Part shown: piece after piece, positions 13,047-26,219 of the stretch
How positions within the stretch are numbered: the first letter of the stretch is position 1
How the letters are laid out: each line of letters opens with the position of its first letter
NCBI GenBank assembly: GCA_965113315.1
Contig: OZ220364.1
Reading direction: 5' to 3' (one strand)
Origin: Podarcis vaucheri
Lineage: Eukaryota
DNA length: 64,000 bases
Notes under the pieces: model-generated
Database searches by the model: none
What the model was told of the DNA's origin: nothing
What the model saw: only the letters and a program-made list of their open reading frames with translations
Position numbers and translations under genes: made by a program

Positions 13047-13171
13047 AGGTGTGGTGGTTAGACTTCTGGACTAGTACCTTGGAGATCAGATTTGAATCCT
13101 TACTCAGGCATGTATCTCTTTGGTTGTCCTTGAGCTAGTTGCTGTTCTTCAGCCTAACCTTCCTTACAGGT
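13047..13171 (+). mobile_element. Degenerate tRNA-derived SINE (Squam3/MIR-like)
   Basis: A-box-like gtggtggttaga, B-box-like gatttgaatcc, ctcagcctaacc-like body. Confidence 0.5.
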
Positions 13172-13484
13172 TAGAGGTTATTCATTTCTCTTAAAAATAC
13201 ACAACTATGTCCCCCTTCTAACCCACTTGAAATGTTTTAATAATTAAGTATTTAAAGTTCATTCACCTGAGCTGATTAAAATGGTTCAGATGACATGTCA
13301 AAGCCCATGGGTTGTGGTTTGTTGCTCCCAGTTTGGCTTGGAGAGTGGAAGGAGTGAAGCAGGCGCTTTTGAGCAGCACATGGTTCATGTGGGTGAGCCC
13401 ATAATAAGATATTAATGTGACATGCAAACACAGCTAGTTCTGTTTCCTTTAATTATGATATCTCTTCCTTTCTTATTCTTTCAG

Positions 13485-13604
13485 AGAATTCGTTCGACAG
13501 TGGATGAAAAGGAACAGAAACAGCTTTTAATGGATTTGGATGTAGTTATGCGAAGTAGTGATTGCCCATATATTGTTCAGTTTTATGGAGCACTCTTCAG
13601 AGAG
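13485..13604 (+). CDS. MAP2K4: MAP2K4 exon 4 (RIRSTVDEKEQKQLLMDLDVVMRSSDCPYIVQFYGALFRE)
   Basis: AG/GT boundaries, 120 bp, phase 0-0. Confidence 0.98.
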
Positions 13605-14106
13605 GTGGGCACTCAAAATCTGCTTAGTTTGTAACGGATTTAGTTAATACGTTTTATGACTTTTTAATGGGTAATGAAGCACATTAACTGAAGGGCAGGC
13701 AGTAGACAATTTGCAAGGGTAAACTAGTTTGGTGGGGGAGATGCATGTAAAGAAAACGTTAGCACTGCTTTATCTCTAAAATGCCTATTTCATTTCAGTG
13801 TTTCTCAAAAGGTTCATTATAATGATGTGTTATACGCTTGTGGCTTTCAAGCTTTCTACCTTTTATTACATTTCACTTTTATCACATTCCTCCTCTTAAG
13901 GAGGTTGGGATGGTGTACATGGTTCTCCCCCATTTTTATCACAGCAACCCTGCCAGATAGGTTAAACTGAGATATAATAGCTGGCCCAAGATATTGAGAA
14001 GCCTAGCAAGCATCTGACTACTCCAGGGGTCACGAGGAATGCAATGCCATTGTATTTTGGGGTGGACAACTGCTATTGTATTCAAATGTCACATGCCACC
14101 TAACTA

Positions 14107-14621
14107 ACGTATATACTCGTGTATAAGCCGACTTTTTCAGCACATTTTTTATGCTGAAAAAGCCCCCCTTGGCTTATACTCAAATGAGGGTCCCACCCGA
14201 GCGCATTTCCAGCATCCCCTCGTCGGAGCAAGCTGTATGCTGCCACCGCTCATGCTGCCACAGCTCTGCCAAGCACAGCTCCTGTGCCTGCCCTTGCGAG
14301 CGGCAGAGGCTGTTGTTGGTGGAGGAGGAGGAATGAGCAGCCCGAAAGCAGCCCTTTTGGGCTGCTCGTTCTTCCTCTGCCGCCACCAGCCTCTGCCTCT
14401 TGGCAGCACCCTAGGTAGGCAGAGAGACAGGAGGGGCTGGGGTGGGGGAGAGAAGCCCCCTCTGCTGTGTGCGCATGCACATACACGCTCTCCAGCCCAC
14501 CAGGAGGTTTGTGGTGTGGTGAACCGGCTTATACTCGAGTCAATAAGTTTTCCCTGTTTTTTGTGGTGAATTTAGGTGCCTCGGCTTATATTCGAGTTGG
14601 CTTATACTCGACTATATACAG
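14107..14621. mobile_element. Non-autonomous Tc1/mariner-class DNA transposon with GC-rich interior
   Basis: TA-flanked TIRs (cgtatatactcg.gtataagcc / ggcttatactcg.ctatataca) and repeated subterminal ggcttata.tcgag motifs. Confidence 0.85.
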
Positions 14622-14899
14622 TAGTTGATTAGACCAATTGTAATTTGACAAAAGAGGAAGCAGAATATTTTGTGAGGCAGACCAACTTGAAGTTTGTTCA
14701 CAGAAATATATATGTTCTGGTTTGTCTCTCTTAGTAAGGCAAAGGTTTGCATCGGTGTTGGTTTGTATGTCCAAGGGCCTTCTTTCTATGCTTCCCTTTC
14801 CATCACAGCTTAGCAAGAGTTGCACATTGACCACCCCATATGTGTATTTCAGATTAACAATAGTAAAACATGTCTTGCTTACTGCTTTTTTATTCTTAG

Positions 14900-15019
14900 G
14901 GTGACTGTTGGATCTGTATGGAGCTCATGTCTACCTCGTTTGATAAGTTTTACAAATATGTATATAGTGTATTAGATGACGTTATTCCAGAAGAAATTCT
15001 AGGCAAAATCACTTTAGCT
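14900..15019 (+). CDS. MAP2K4: MAP2K4 exon 5 (GDCWICMELMSTSFDKFYKYVYSVLDDVIPEEILGKITLA)
   Basis: AG acceptor, GTAAGT donor, 120 bp. Confidence 0.98.
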
Positions 15020-15619
15020 GTAAGTATTCTTTCTGTTCTCACTGCTGCCTTTTTTTGTGTGTGCACACTTCTGCTTTGATTTTCAAATCCAGGATCTAGG
15101 CGGGAGATGATTTGGCTTATTTAGGCTTGTTGCTGTGAACCATGCCTTATGGTTTACCCTATACTGCTCAGTCTCTGCCAGGGCGGCTTCAGAATTTTTT
15201 TTCTTGTGGTGGTGGAGGGGCACAGAAAGCACAAAATACACTTCTAGGTGGGTGGGTTGTGTCCCACATGCTAAGATCTCTGAAAGGAAAATAGCAGTAT
15301 ATGCCAATGACAGGAGTCCAGCAATGGGGAGGCAAGCGTGGGGGTGAGCTCCTTGGTTGGGGACTGCACTGCCCCCTATCCCATGCCCCAGCACCACCCA
15401 TTGCCCCTACTAGCACAAGTGGGAAACAAACCACAGTCTTACACAACCATTTCTATCACATTTTGTTTGCATTAACTGCACTGTAACATGGTATAGCTAT
15501 TAAATTTCTGCCTTATAAGCTGTCTGAGATGCATCTTTAAATTGTTTGGCTTTGAATTGTGTAATAGCAGGCATTTTATTATATTTTTGTTCTCAATAAA
15601 ATTTCTCCTTCTCTCCTAG

Positions 15620-15671
15620 ACTGTGAAAGCACTAAACCACTTAAAAGAAAACTTGAAAATCATTCACAGAG
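15620..15671 (+). CDS. MAP2K4: MAP2K4 exon 6 (TVKALNHLKENLKIIHR-D)
   Basis: AG acceptor, GTAGGC donor, 52 bp; HRD motif spans the junction. Confidence 0.98.
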
Positions 15672-16364
15672 GTAGGCTTTTTCTGGATTTGCCTTTCTTA
15701 CTGTGTGGCATGTCTGTCACACGCAGTTCTTCCTGAGCATGCCTATAGATTATGCAAAATATATTTGTGACCCAACTATTTGGGGTATTCCACTTGATCA
15801 TTTTATATTTCACTATGTCCATGTGAGTTTTGGTTCTCTTGGGCTACCAGTTGGAGGCTGACATTAGGACAGAGCCAATTGACAACACTCATTGGGTGTT
15901 ACATTTTTTAAGTCACAAGTTTCTGTGTGGAGAACAGGGTCATAGTGCTATGGGAGGAGGTTTCTCCCATTTAAGTCTCTCACACACCAAAGCTGCTGCC
16001 ATTGGTTGGTTGCTTGGCTGGCTGAGGTGCCTCGTTTGTTACTCCCTAACAAGCCAGGATTTGTAAGCCAATAACAAACCATGGTTTAAGGCTGGCTAGT
16101 GATCCTGGTTTGTAAGGGAGCAACAAACCGAGATGCTGAGTTCGGATATCATGGGAAGCAAGCTTGAATCCAGGTTCCTGGTTTATTTCTCCTGTTGATT
16201 CCAGAGGGGGAGTGACTAGCTTACTGTGACATGCAGTTGCGGTTGCTGTCTTTAGTCGTGACTTGGTGTCTGACGCTATGTAATTTTCAGCAGTTAGAAA
16301 CTGAAGTGCTTTGGTTGCTGCTTATCTGCTTAAATATGTTTCTGTTTTCCCACATCTGTTGCAG

Positions 16365-16492
16365 ATATTAAACCTTCCAATATTCTTCTGGACAGAAACG
16401 GAAATATTAAACTCTGTGATTTCGGCATTAGTGGACAACTTGTGGATTCCATTGCCAAAACCAGAGATGCTGGCTGCCGGCCCTACATGGCA
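16365..16492 (+). CDS. MAP2K4: MAP2K4 exon 7 ([42 protein letters not shown]), DFG motif and SIAKT activation loop
   Basis: AG acceptor, GTAAGT donor, 128 bp. Confidence 0.98.
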
Positions 16493-18027
16493 GTAAGTGG
16501 GATTTGAAAACTTATATGTGATGGGTGAGGTGCGAATAGAAATGGAATCCTTTCTTTTACTCCCTTTGTTGTATAGGCAGAAGCTAAATATTTTGTACAT
16601 GAATGGCTGAGGTTGAAATCATGCTTCAGCTTCACAAGCTAAAACTTAGATGAAGTTAGCTTGATGTGAGGCTTCTCCAGCTTAATCTTAGTACAGTACA
16701 TCACTGCACACCCAAGGTAATGCTGAACAGCTTTTCTTGCAGTAATCAAATCTCTTTCATGCTTTAGTAACCTGGTCCCTCTACTGGCGAAGGTATTGGA
16801 AGCATCCATTTTCTATGTGTTTGCATTTAGATGGTCATTTGTAGGAGGAATCTATAATGAGCTAGTAAAACCCTGTGGCTCCTATCAGAGCTTTTCCTGG
16901 GAAGAAGAGGCTCAGGAATAGAGTGAGGACATTTTGGGCCATGATGGTTACCATACAAAGGTGCAGGGAACATACAGTTCAATAAAATTCTTTTTGAGTA
17001 AATTAAGTCTGAGAATTGCTTAGTAACATTCTATGAGGATGTTGGTGCCTTGTGGTAGCATGGATCAATAAAATACAGCTTTAGTTCCCAAATGTGGCAG
17101 AAAAATTGACTAGTCTAAGAGTGATGCCCCCTATTGCCATTTAAATAACAGACAGATGGTTACACATGATTTCCAAAAATACAGATTCTTTTGCCATTTG
17201 TTCTTAGTTGGATGTGTTAGTTTTTTTAAGGAGAAGTGATCCCAGATTCAAAGCCACAGGGAAACAAAGCATATTCTTTCAGAAATACTGGCACCAGCCA
17301 AGTGAGACTAATACACTTGAGTTGTGACATTAAATAGCAGATGGTTTTGCCAAGCAGAACCAGATTGGACAAAAGTGCTGCAAAAGATTGCATAGTTAAG
17401 TACAATCATAACAATACAACATCATAAAATTCACAAATAAAATAAGAGGGTAATTTTATATAGAATAATATCTAGACTTTAGGCACCTAAAACATTGAAA
17501 TACGTTTAATACTTCACAGTGATGAAACTTGTATATAATAATTGTCCATGACTTCCAAGCGGGAACCATGGGATCTAATTATCCTGAGAATACTCATATT
17601 AAGGGCTTTCAGTTCAGACTCCAGATTCAGTACTTTGGAAAACAGTCTGCCTCAGTCAAAGATGCTTAAGGGGTTGCCTAATTTGGCTCAGTGTTCATCC
17701 AAGTCCAATTCCTTCCTACGCCTTCACTAGTGAGAAATCAAAAATTTCAGAAGGATAGCTGCAGTGATTTCCCCTCAAGGCCAGTCTTTGCAGTTTTGGG
17801 GTGGGTAAAAAAGGAATCACTTAAATATCCCCTAATGTTTACTTCATTTGCATAATTCATACCATGTTGCAGGATTCTGATTTGCTTTAAATAGAGTACT
17901 TGCAGTCCTGCATTAGGATTAGGATCGTGGAAGGGACAGTTGGTGTTAAATGAATCCTCCTCCATATCCCACTTCAGTAAATTCTTGTCTCCTTCTTATA
18001 TAACTGATATTCTTCCTCTAATTTCAG

Positions 18028-18105
18028 CCAGAGAGGATAGACCCCAGTGCATCCAGGCAAGGATATGATGTCCGCTCTGATGTCTGGAGCTTAGGGATTA
18101 CATTG
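18028..18105 (+). CDS. MAP2K4: MAP2K4 exon 8 (PERIDPSASRQGYDVRSDVWSLGITL)
   Basis: AG acceptor, GTAAGT donor, 78 bp. Confidence 0.98.
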
Positions 18106-18738
18106 GTAAGTGAGAAATGCTAAGGGCTTTGCATGCTGCTGGAGATAAAACCCTAAAGCAGCTTGTGAAGCAGCTTTAGGAGAAGCAAAAGCTAAACTGG
18201 CATTACTCTTGTGAACATGTATGCTGTGGTGGGGCCCGCATTGCCTCCCTGAATAACAGACCTGCCTCAGCTTTCCTCTGCTACGCAGTTTGGCTTCCGT
18301 GGCTACTTTTTATCAGCAGTGACTTTACTCTGTTGCTAGGGGGCAGCAATGCATGCTAAACCTCAAAAGAACCATGCTTTAAGCTAGGCAATCTGTTCCT
18401 TGCTGCCCCTTTAGAGCCAATGTAAGCCCAGCCTTCCTAGGTTTGGACCACTGAAGACAGCAAACTTAGTAGGAGTGGAGAAGAGTGTATTGAAGCAGAA
18501 GCAGAAAGGTAGAAACCAAGGGTTCGGCCTAATCGGAGACAATTCCAGATTCGAAGGGGCTGGGCAAAGTACCCTCTCTGGGCACATACACCCATAGCAT
18601 TAGCCTAGTAGTCACCCCCAAAGTGGAGCTGACTAGGGGTGGGAAAGGTGGCAGTGGTATCGAAGGGGGAAACCAGGAACTCCAACTACCACCTCCTTCA
18701 TTTCCCTGGGATGCCTCTGATCCCTGCCCTAGCATCTA

Positions 18739-18938
18739 CAGTGGACTCTTGGGTTGCGAACGTGATCCGTGCGGGAAGCACGTTCGCAACCCGCAGCGCT
18801 GCGTCTGCACACGTGCAGGTTGCAATTTGGTGCTTCTGCACATGCGCAAAGCGCCGAAACCCAGAAGTAACCCGTTCCAGTACTTCCAGTTTCGGCGCGG
18901 TGTGCAACCCAAAGCTTCTGTAACCCGAGGTATGACTG
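18739..18938. mobile_element. Tigger/pogo-like MITE, family B
   Basis: TA|CAGTGGACTC...GAGGTATGACTG|TA; related to 28754-29004. Confidence 0.8.
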
Positions 18939-19662
18939 TAGTATGTTTAGGAGGAATGGGTAGACATTGTTTCCTCTGCTTTTTTTATGAGAAGCTTGAG
19001 GTCCGTCAGCCAGAGACAAATGCAAAATAGGGGCTTGGGTTAGTGCAGAACACACACACACCCCTATTATTTCATGTTTTAGAGGTCAAGTGCTTGCCTG
19101 CTGATTTGTGAACATTTTAAATTTAAATTGAAGAAGCAGCTGGTAAGTTGCCCACTCGTTTCCCCAGCAATTGCCTGCACACCTCGTATGATTCTTCTTC
19201 TTTTTAACAAAAGAAGTGGAAAGCATTGCAGCTCTTCTACAGCAGCAAGACAGAATTTCTCCCCCATCTTTGGAAAGCAGACTTGTGGGCTTTTCACAAA
19301 TGGTAAAGTGTGAATACATCCAGTTGCAAAGACAAGGAAAAAAGAATGTTTGTGGGGAGCAGGGGGGATTAAGATGCAGAGAGTTGAGTTCTTTAAAGTT
19401 ACTGCTATGTCTAGGAATCTCTTTTGAGTACCAAAACTATTATTTCTCAGGCACAAGCCATCTCCTGCTTTCCCCCAAGCTTTCTTGATTTCAGCTGGCT
19501 AATTTGGGGGGTTGCTATTGTTAAATCATTAGGAGTTAGAAACCTTGCACAGAGCTTCTGCTGGTGGGGCTTGTCTGGAGAATCCTCGCTCCCGCCCTCC
19601 TGGCCCCATGAACTTTACAGTGGCTAATCTAGCCCATGTTGTTGCTTTTTGTTTCGGTGTAG

Positions 19663-19811
19663 TATGAACTGGCCACAGGACGGTTCCCCTATCCAAAATG
19701 GAATAGTGTATTTGATCAACTGACACAAGTAGTCAAGGGAGACCCACCACAGCTGAGTAACTCAGAGGAACGGGAATTCTCCCAAAGTTTTATCAACTTT
19801 GTCAACTTGTG
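19663..19811 (+). CDS. MAP2K4: MAP2K4 exon 9 (YELATGRFPYPKWNSVFDQLTQVVKGDPPQLSNSEEREFSQSFINFVNL-C)
   Basis: AG acceptor, GTGAGT donor, 149 bp. Confidence 0.98.
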
Positions 19812-21683
19812 GTGAGTATGCCTCGCTCTGGGGCTCTTCAGGGCAATTAGTAAGTGGTTCTGGCTCAGGCTTCCAAGTCTGTCCCTCAGCAACTTGCATG
19901 TGACAGCAACATCCAAGAGCATTCATGTTGCTGGAAATGGTGCATTTTTCCTCCACTGAGGATGAAAGTGGGTTGGGTGGAGAAAGCTGCAGTATGAAGA
20001 GCCACTTGCAAGCCTTAAATTAATGCCACATTTCCTGCATGTGTGATGGAAGTGGTGGCTTGGAGAGATTTAGACATGTGCTTCCCTGGTTGAGTTGCCA
20101 CTCAATGTGAAGGCAACGCAGATCTTCCTTACTGACTTCTCACATTTGACAAATAGCACTGGGGTGGTGGGGAGGCCTTTCCTCAGGCTGTGTCTGTAGC
20201 AAGATTTTTGTATCCCCTAATTACATCTTGGAGATCCGTTTGTTGTTGCCTCCTCGATATATGATTGAGGGAGCAGCAATTGCATCAAATAGAGTGCACA
20301 CTGTAAATTACAGAATATATATTTGCAGTGCCTCCTGCTGGGAGTTTGCCTACCTGCAGGTTTGTAGCTGTGTTATTTTAAATGAATGTTGATAAGCTGT
20401 GTTTGCCTCATTGCAGCACAATTATTACATTGTCCTGTGGATAAAATGAAGTGGATCTGAGTCAGTTGCTCTTGTTACATTTAGCACACCAGAATGGGCT
20501 CAGGAAGAGTTATGTGAGCAACTTAACATCATTTAGTATATTAGTCTACATCAGTGGTGATTTGGAGCCTTGCAGGAGCTAGAATAGTTAAAGATACCTT
20601 TAAGATGAAACAATTACCTTTGAGGCTGTAATCAAACGAAAGAGAAAGCAGAGGAGTGGTATTTAAAGGAGAATGATCAATGTACATTTTACAAACTGAT
20701 TAGAGCAAGGCAGTCACTTCAAATTCACTACAGTGTTGATGTTCTGCCACCTGTTGGTTTGACATTTTTCTGCAGTGTTTTTAAAATGCAGTGAGTTAGC
20801 CTCTTGAGCTGATTTCTTAGAGGCAGATGGGCAGGACAAGACTGTTTTTAGTCGAGTGATGTGCTTTCCTCCTTAGAAAGGTGGGGAGCAGGTTTTGTGT
20901 TAAGTAGACAAGGCCCTTGAAAAGCAACTGTGGCATTTTCCTCTCTGCTGAGCTCTCTATATTCATTTATGGCAGGTTATTGTAGTGCAAGAAGGATCTT
21001 TTTTTAGAATCCCCCTGTGTTTGTTTATGAAGGGTTAATTTCATGCTGCACAGGTCTTGAGAAAGAAGGAAAAGGAAACGTCCCTGATGCCAGGAAGTTG
21101 TTGAAAGGCTGTGTACTTCCTGCATTCAGAATTTTAAAACAATGGAGTGAGAGACGTACTGATAGGTTGCAGACTTCAGAGTGCTTCGGCTTATATTGCA
21201 GCATTTTCTTGGTTACCTGCAGACCAAGAACAGTCCTGGGATTCTCAATACATTCAATATACTGTGAGCCTAATAGGCAATACAGAGGTGAAAATACGGT
21301 GTCTAGGGCTCCTGCATAGTTTGGTAGAAAGAGGAATTTCAATAGTGCATCTTGTCTTGCATGGCTCATCTGCTGAAATTCCCACTCCTATACAGCTTGC
21401 AGAAGCCCTGTCCTCTTTTTAAAATTTATTTCTTTAACTGGTTGCCCTGGGTGAAAGAGAAGGCAGGTCACTATCACTGTATGAGTTGGTTTGATAGCCA
21501 CAGCGTTTGGACAGAGAGGTGACTTAAATGACCATTAATGATCATCATCATACATATAGGTGCATTCATGTGATAGAATTGCAGACTCTGACAGTGTGCA
21601 ATGTCTTAACTGCCCAACACTTAATTTCAGATGTTTTTTCTGCTAATGTTCTGTCACCCTAATCCTCTTACTGATCTTTTTAG

Positions 21684-21729
21684 CCTTACAAAGGACGAGT
21701 CCAAAAGGCCAAAGTATAAGGAGCTTCTG
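21684..21729 (+). CDS. MAP2K4: MAP2K4 exon 10 (LTKDESKRPKYKELL)
   Basis: AG acceptor, GTGAGT donor, 46 bp. Confidence 0.98.
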
Positions 21730-21817
21730 GTGAGTATGATGGGATATGTGAATGCATGAGACTAGAACTGGCTAAGACTTTAAGGACTTTAAAGACTTTT
21801 AACTCTTTTGAAGCTTG

Positions 21818-21818
<1 letters not shown>

Positions 21819-21861
<43 letters not shown>

Positions 21862-21907
21862 CCCCATCCATCTGACTGGGTTGCCCCAGCCACTCTGGGC
21901 AGCTTCC
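21819..21907 (-). mobile_element. 3' end of a Squam3/L2-tail SINE with (TAA)n tail
   Basis: (TTA)n run abutting ccccatccatctgactgggttgccccagccactctgggcagcttcc. Confidence 0.6.
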
Positions 21908-22423
21908 CACAGATATTATTAGGCATTCTGTAGCAGCACCATTGCTATTCCCATTTTGTGAGATAAGAGCTACATTCTACTTGCTTAGTGCAAACAGAGA
22001 GGCCGGGCTTGCTACTTTGTCTTTTGCTGTGGTGAGCAATGAAGCAAGCCCACATTTAGTTTGTTCAGGGGTTGTGTTGTGTATCTAGAGAATTAAAGTT
22101 TTTTGGCAATTGCACGGCATATTTAATTGGTATAATTAAAATTTGATTTTGGGATTTGTCTGCTTCACCAGTTATCCATTTCCTCCTAAATGTAAGGCCA
22201 AGGGATGTACTGTACCCCACCTGCCTTCTCTGTGTGTATATGCCCATGTTGATGCTTGGACCCCCTTCTACTGAATCTAGTGAGCTGGTACCTCAGCGCA
22301 GCAACTCATAACACCTGAAGTGTTAAGTTGCATGGAAGTACCTTTGGGAGTGCACCCGTCTTCTGGAGGCACCTTCTGTGCTCCAAAAGTGAGACTATAT
22401 TTTGTTCCCTTCTCTTCTACCAG

Positions 22424-22537
22424 AAACATCCCTTCATCCTAATGTATGAGGAGCGAACAGTGGACGTTGCGTGCTATGTTTGTAAAATCCTGGATCAAAT
22501 GCCAACGACTCCGAGCTCTCCAATGTATGTCGATTGA
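22424..22537 (+). CDS. MAP2K4: MAP2K4 last coding exon 11 (KHPFILMYEERTVDVACYVCKILDQMPTTPSSPMYVD*), DVD domain
   Basis: AG acceptor, TGA stop; matches the MKK4 C-terminus. Confidence 0.98.
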   Translation, partial: KHPFILMYEERTVDVACYVCKILDQMPTTPSSPMYVD

Positions 22538-25500
22538 TACTGCTGCTACATCAAAACTCTAGTGCAAATGCTGAGAAAAAGCAAGATGTACAGAATCTTC
22601 ACCCCGTATTGCAGTGTTTTAACGCTCGCCCAGACACCATGTGCAATAATGTTGGTGTTTTTCTTCCATTCTGTCTGTATATTATTGTCACTTATAAAGT
22701 GCATCCATGTAATAATACCTGATCACAGTGTTAGTGTCAGTCAAAGAGAGACCTCATTTTGCTCTTTTTGTGGACATATTCATAAAATGTGGAAATAAGT
22801 AACATTTTATTTGTTGACCATGATTGGATAGCACCTAAAGTTAATTTCTAGACTCAGAGACTTCTCAGCAGCTACTGGAATGATTTTATTCTCTCAAACT
22901 CTTCCAATTGTTACAGATAATATAAAAGAAAGGAAGTTAGGCATTGGCCTATCTGATTCTGAACATAAACTGCTTGGGGAGAAAGAAACTTTTATGCAGC
23001 CAAATGAGCTACTTTTACCTTCTGAAGCCAACAAAGGCAAAGAGGGGATAATATATAAATATATATATAAATATATTTCTTCACAAAGTGCAATAGATTA
23101 ATTGATTTGAAATTCTGTTGCTTTTCAGTCACAGTATATGTTTTGAAGACAATTGTGGCTCAGCAGAACTTCATATTTCGGAGGGAGAAAGAAGTGATCA
23201 TGTAAAATGGACTATGTCTTTACCAAAAAATAAAAATAAAAATGCATTGCATTGCTTTGAAAGGAGCTAACAATTAAACTCATGAGAGTATGAGTTTGAA
23301 CTCATGGAGAATAATGTATTGTTTCATTTTCCAAGCAAGCCACTCTTCAGTAGAACTAGGTGTCCTGTAAATTGTTACCTGGTGAGATAAGACTTTTACC
23401 TGAGGAATTATTAAACTACTCAGTTGAATTTAACTGGCTTGTGACCCCTGATTTCCAACTCATGGCTAAACTTTCACCATTGAAAGGGTACGGGACAGTT
23501 TGCAGTTGTGAAGAGCTATTTTACATTGTTAATAATTATTTGTAATTTATCTCCATCAAACTTCTCATGTTTTCCAGTTGCATAGAAACTTCCCACAGAG
23601 CTCCAGGTATGACTTGGATTTCTGATATTAACCATCAGATCAAATAAGCTCCCCACGTCCCCATCAGTTGGATAGTTGGGCTTCCAAAATCATTACAAAG
23701 AGGATGCTAAATATGTTTGCTTTCATTTTTTGGATGAATTCGTTTATTAGAAGAATTTCCTAACACAATGGTAACTAAGAGAACTGGAATGTTAAGTTCT
23801 TAAAAGCATGTGGCAGAAAAAAGGAAACCTAGAGGTTAGATTGCCAGACGGGGTAGGGGGGAGCCCTTTAAACAATTATATTGTCATCTCAACTGCATCC
23901 AGTGTGATCTTGTCTTCTAAGTCACAAGGGGGAGGAAGTGGTGTTTTTTAAAATCCAAAGTTATTTGTAATCTCAGTAACTGTCACTATTTAACATGTAA
24001 TACTAGAATTGTAAGGGAATTAACCTTTACCATTGAGTGGGTCAGCGATAACAAGATTCTGTTACTATAACCAGTTAACTTAATTTTCTCTAGTATACCA
24101 GCTGATTAATAGGATTTGGGGGCAAAAGCTTGGTCAACACCATAAGAGATAATGTATTGAAATGGGAACCAGTTGGGACCAGGGCCATTCCAAGACCTTT
24201 TGCTGCCTGAGGCAAATGACAAGTGCAGAAGCTGACCAAACTGCCAGGTAAGCACCCACCACCTGAGCGACTGTTTCACTTGCCCAATGGTAGGCAAAGT
24301 CCCTGGTTGGGACTGTTTTAATGTAGTAATTATTCATTGTAATCCACTCAGGTGGAAGATTTTCAACCTCATCCAGATGTTCCCAACCTCTATATGCCTA
24401 TCTCCTGGCTTTTCCTCTTTGTGCCTGCCGAAAATTGAACAGTAATTAGAGCCCCTTTCATCTTGCATTCTATTCTCATGTATGTTAGCAGCGCATTTCC
24501 ATTCTGTCAACCGCAAATGGAGGTAGCTCCTATTCAGGCTCAGTGGATGTCTGAGAGAAACTGACTGTTCTAGCATATTAATCATAGATTGATATATTAA
24601 GGGTGCAGCATTTATATTACAGTATATGTTTATAAAGATGTATAGTGTTCAGAAGCTGTGAAAATAGTGTAAGAACTGTACATTGTGAGCTCTGGTTTAA
24701 TTTTTTTCTTGTACCATAGAAAAAAATGTAAAGTTTATTGAGAAGCTGATGTGCAGGGGATATTGCCTTATTGTCTGTAAGTAAAATGGAGTTTGACAAC
24801 ATGATAGCTTCTAAGAGCTTCCAACTATTTTATCCTCTCCTGGTTTGAATTCCTCTTCTATTTAAAATACTCTACATGGAATCAAAGTGTTAATGTAATA
24901 GGTTCTCCCCCACCCCCCGCCTGCAGGTCAGTTGTAATTAATCAAGGATCCGAATATGATCTTGCTATAAGCTCAGACATGATGATGGGGAAATGAATAA
25001 ATGCAAAATGAAATTTAAAAATGCCATCTTTCTCTGGCCAAGTTTTCCTATTTATTAATGTTTGCAAGAAGGACCAAAAGGGATGGTGGGACTTTGAGGA
25101 AGAGCCCCTGAAATACAAGAGGCTCAGCTGATCCTGACCATTGTTTGACCTTGAAACAATTTTTTTACTCCCCTGAACCAATTACTTTGTTTGCTGTCTA
25201 TGCATTTTACACAGTGGTACCCCCATGCTGACTGCAAGCTTTTTAATCTAGCAGAGCTTCCATCAGTAGAATGGGGAGGGGTGTGCTTTTTGTTATTCCC
25301 TCACAGTCTCCTACGCCATCTCACACACTCTTCTGAAGGGTTCCCCCAACCCTATGGAGTATGTTTTAGGGGACTTCAGGTTGGAATGAGTAATTGCCGA
25401 AAATTGCCTCTCACCCCGTTCTGCCCCTGGAAGCCTTTGCTGGATCAAAGAGCTTTCTATCAGCGTATGGGAGAAATCATTGGATAATATTTTTCATCTT

Positions 25501-25785
25501 TAGCTACTACTGTATTTGAGGTCTGACATTACCACATGAATGACCCAGTTACTTGGGTCATGCATGGCGTATAACACTTGTGCATCCTAGATTTGAATTT
25601 GCCTTTTGGGCAACAGCATCACGTTGCTGATTTATGTTATATTTGTAGTTTAACACAAAAGATCTTTCTCGTCAGTAGCCCTGCCCAACAAGGTAGCTGC
25701 CATTTGGGACTTTTGTTTCTTGTTCCATCTGTTTTGTATTTTTGTGTTACTGGTTTCAATAAATTCATTGAAATCATTTTAAACT
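22538..25785 (+). other. MAP2K4: MAP2K4 3'UTR (about 3.2 kb; end inferred)
   Basis: Proximal part resembles the mammalian MAP2K4 UTR as recalled (ctcgcccagacaccatgtgcaata); ends at AATAAA 25758 after a U/GU-rich tract. Confidence 0.7.
25758..25763 (+). terminator. MAP2K4: Probable MAP2K4 poly(A) signal AATAAA
   Basis: AATAAA preceded by TGTA and U-rich upstream elements. Confidence 0.7.
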
Positions 25786-26219
25786 AAATTCTCATACATT
25801 TTCCAGACCATTACTAGCCTCTTCCATTTCTATCATTTGGGGTGGGTGGGGGGAGGCATTTGTTTTTTTAAAAAAAGATTTTATTTTGTAGACCAGAGGG
25901 GGAGATTGCATTTTTCACTTCTCCTTTAGCAGTTAAATGACAAGAAGCTGCGATTTGACCTGTCTTTGAAGTTCACTGAACAAATTACTGACTTTCTGCC
26001 TAACTTTCTGCACATAGTGGCTTGCAAAGGTGAAATGAGAGATAAACTAGTCCAGGCTGGCCAGGTTTTATGGATAGAGCACTGAAGAAATCTTGGAATA
26101 TCTACTATTGTTAAAGCTTGCACATGACAAAATAACTGCAAAACAAGCACTCAGTGTGACATCACAGGGAGTCTTTTAATTAAGTACGGCAGTGCTGATC
26201 ACAGAGGTAAGGCATTGTG

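Noticed and set aside
14149-14569. Several overlapping GC-rich ORFs
   Set aside because: They lie inside a non-autonomous DNA transposon and show no protein similarity I recognise
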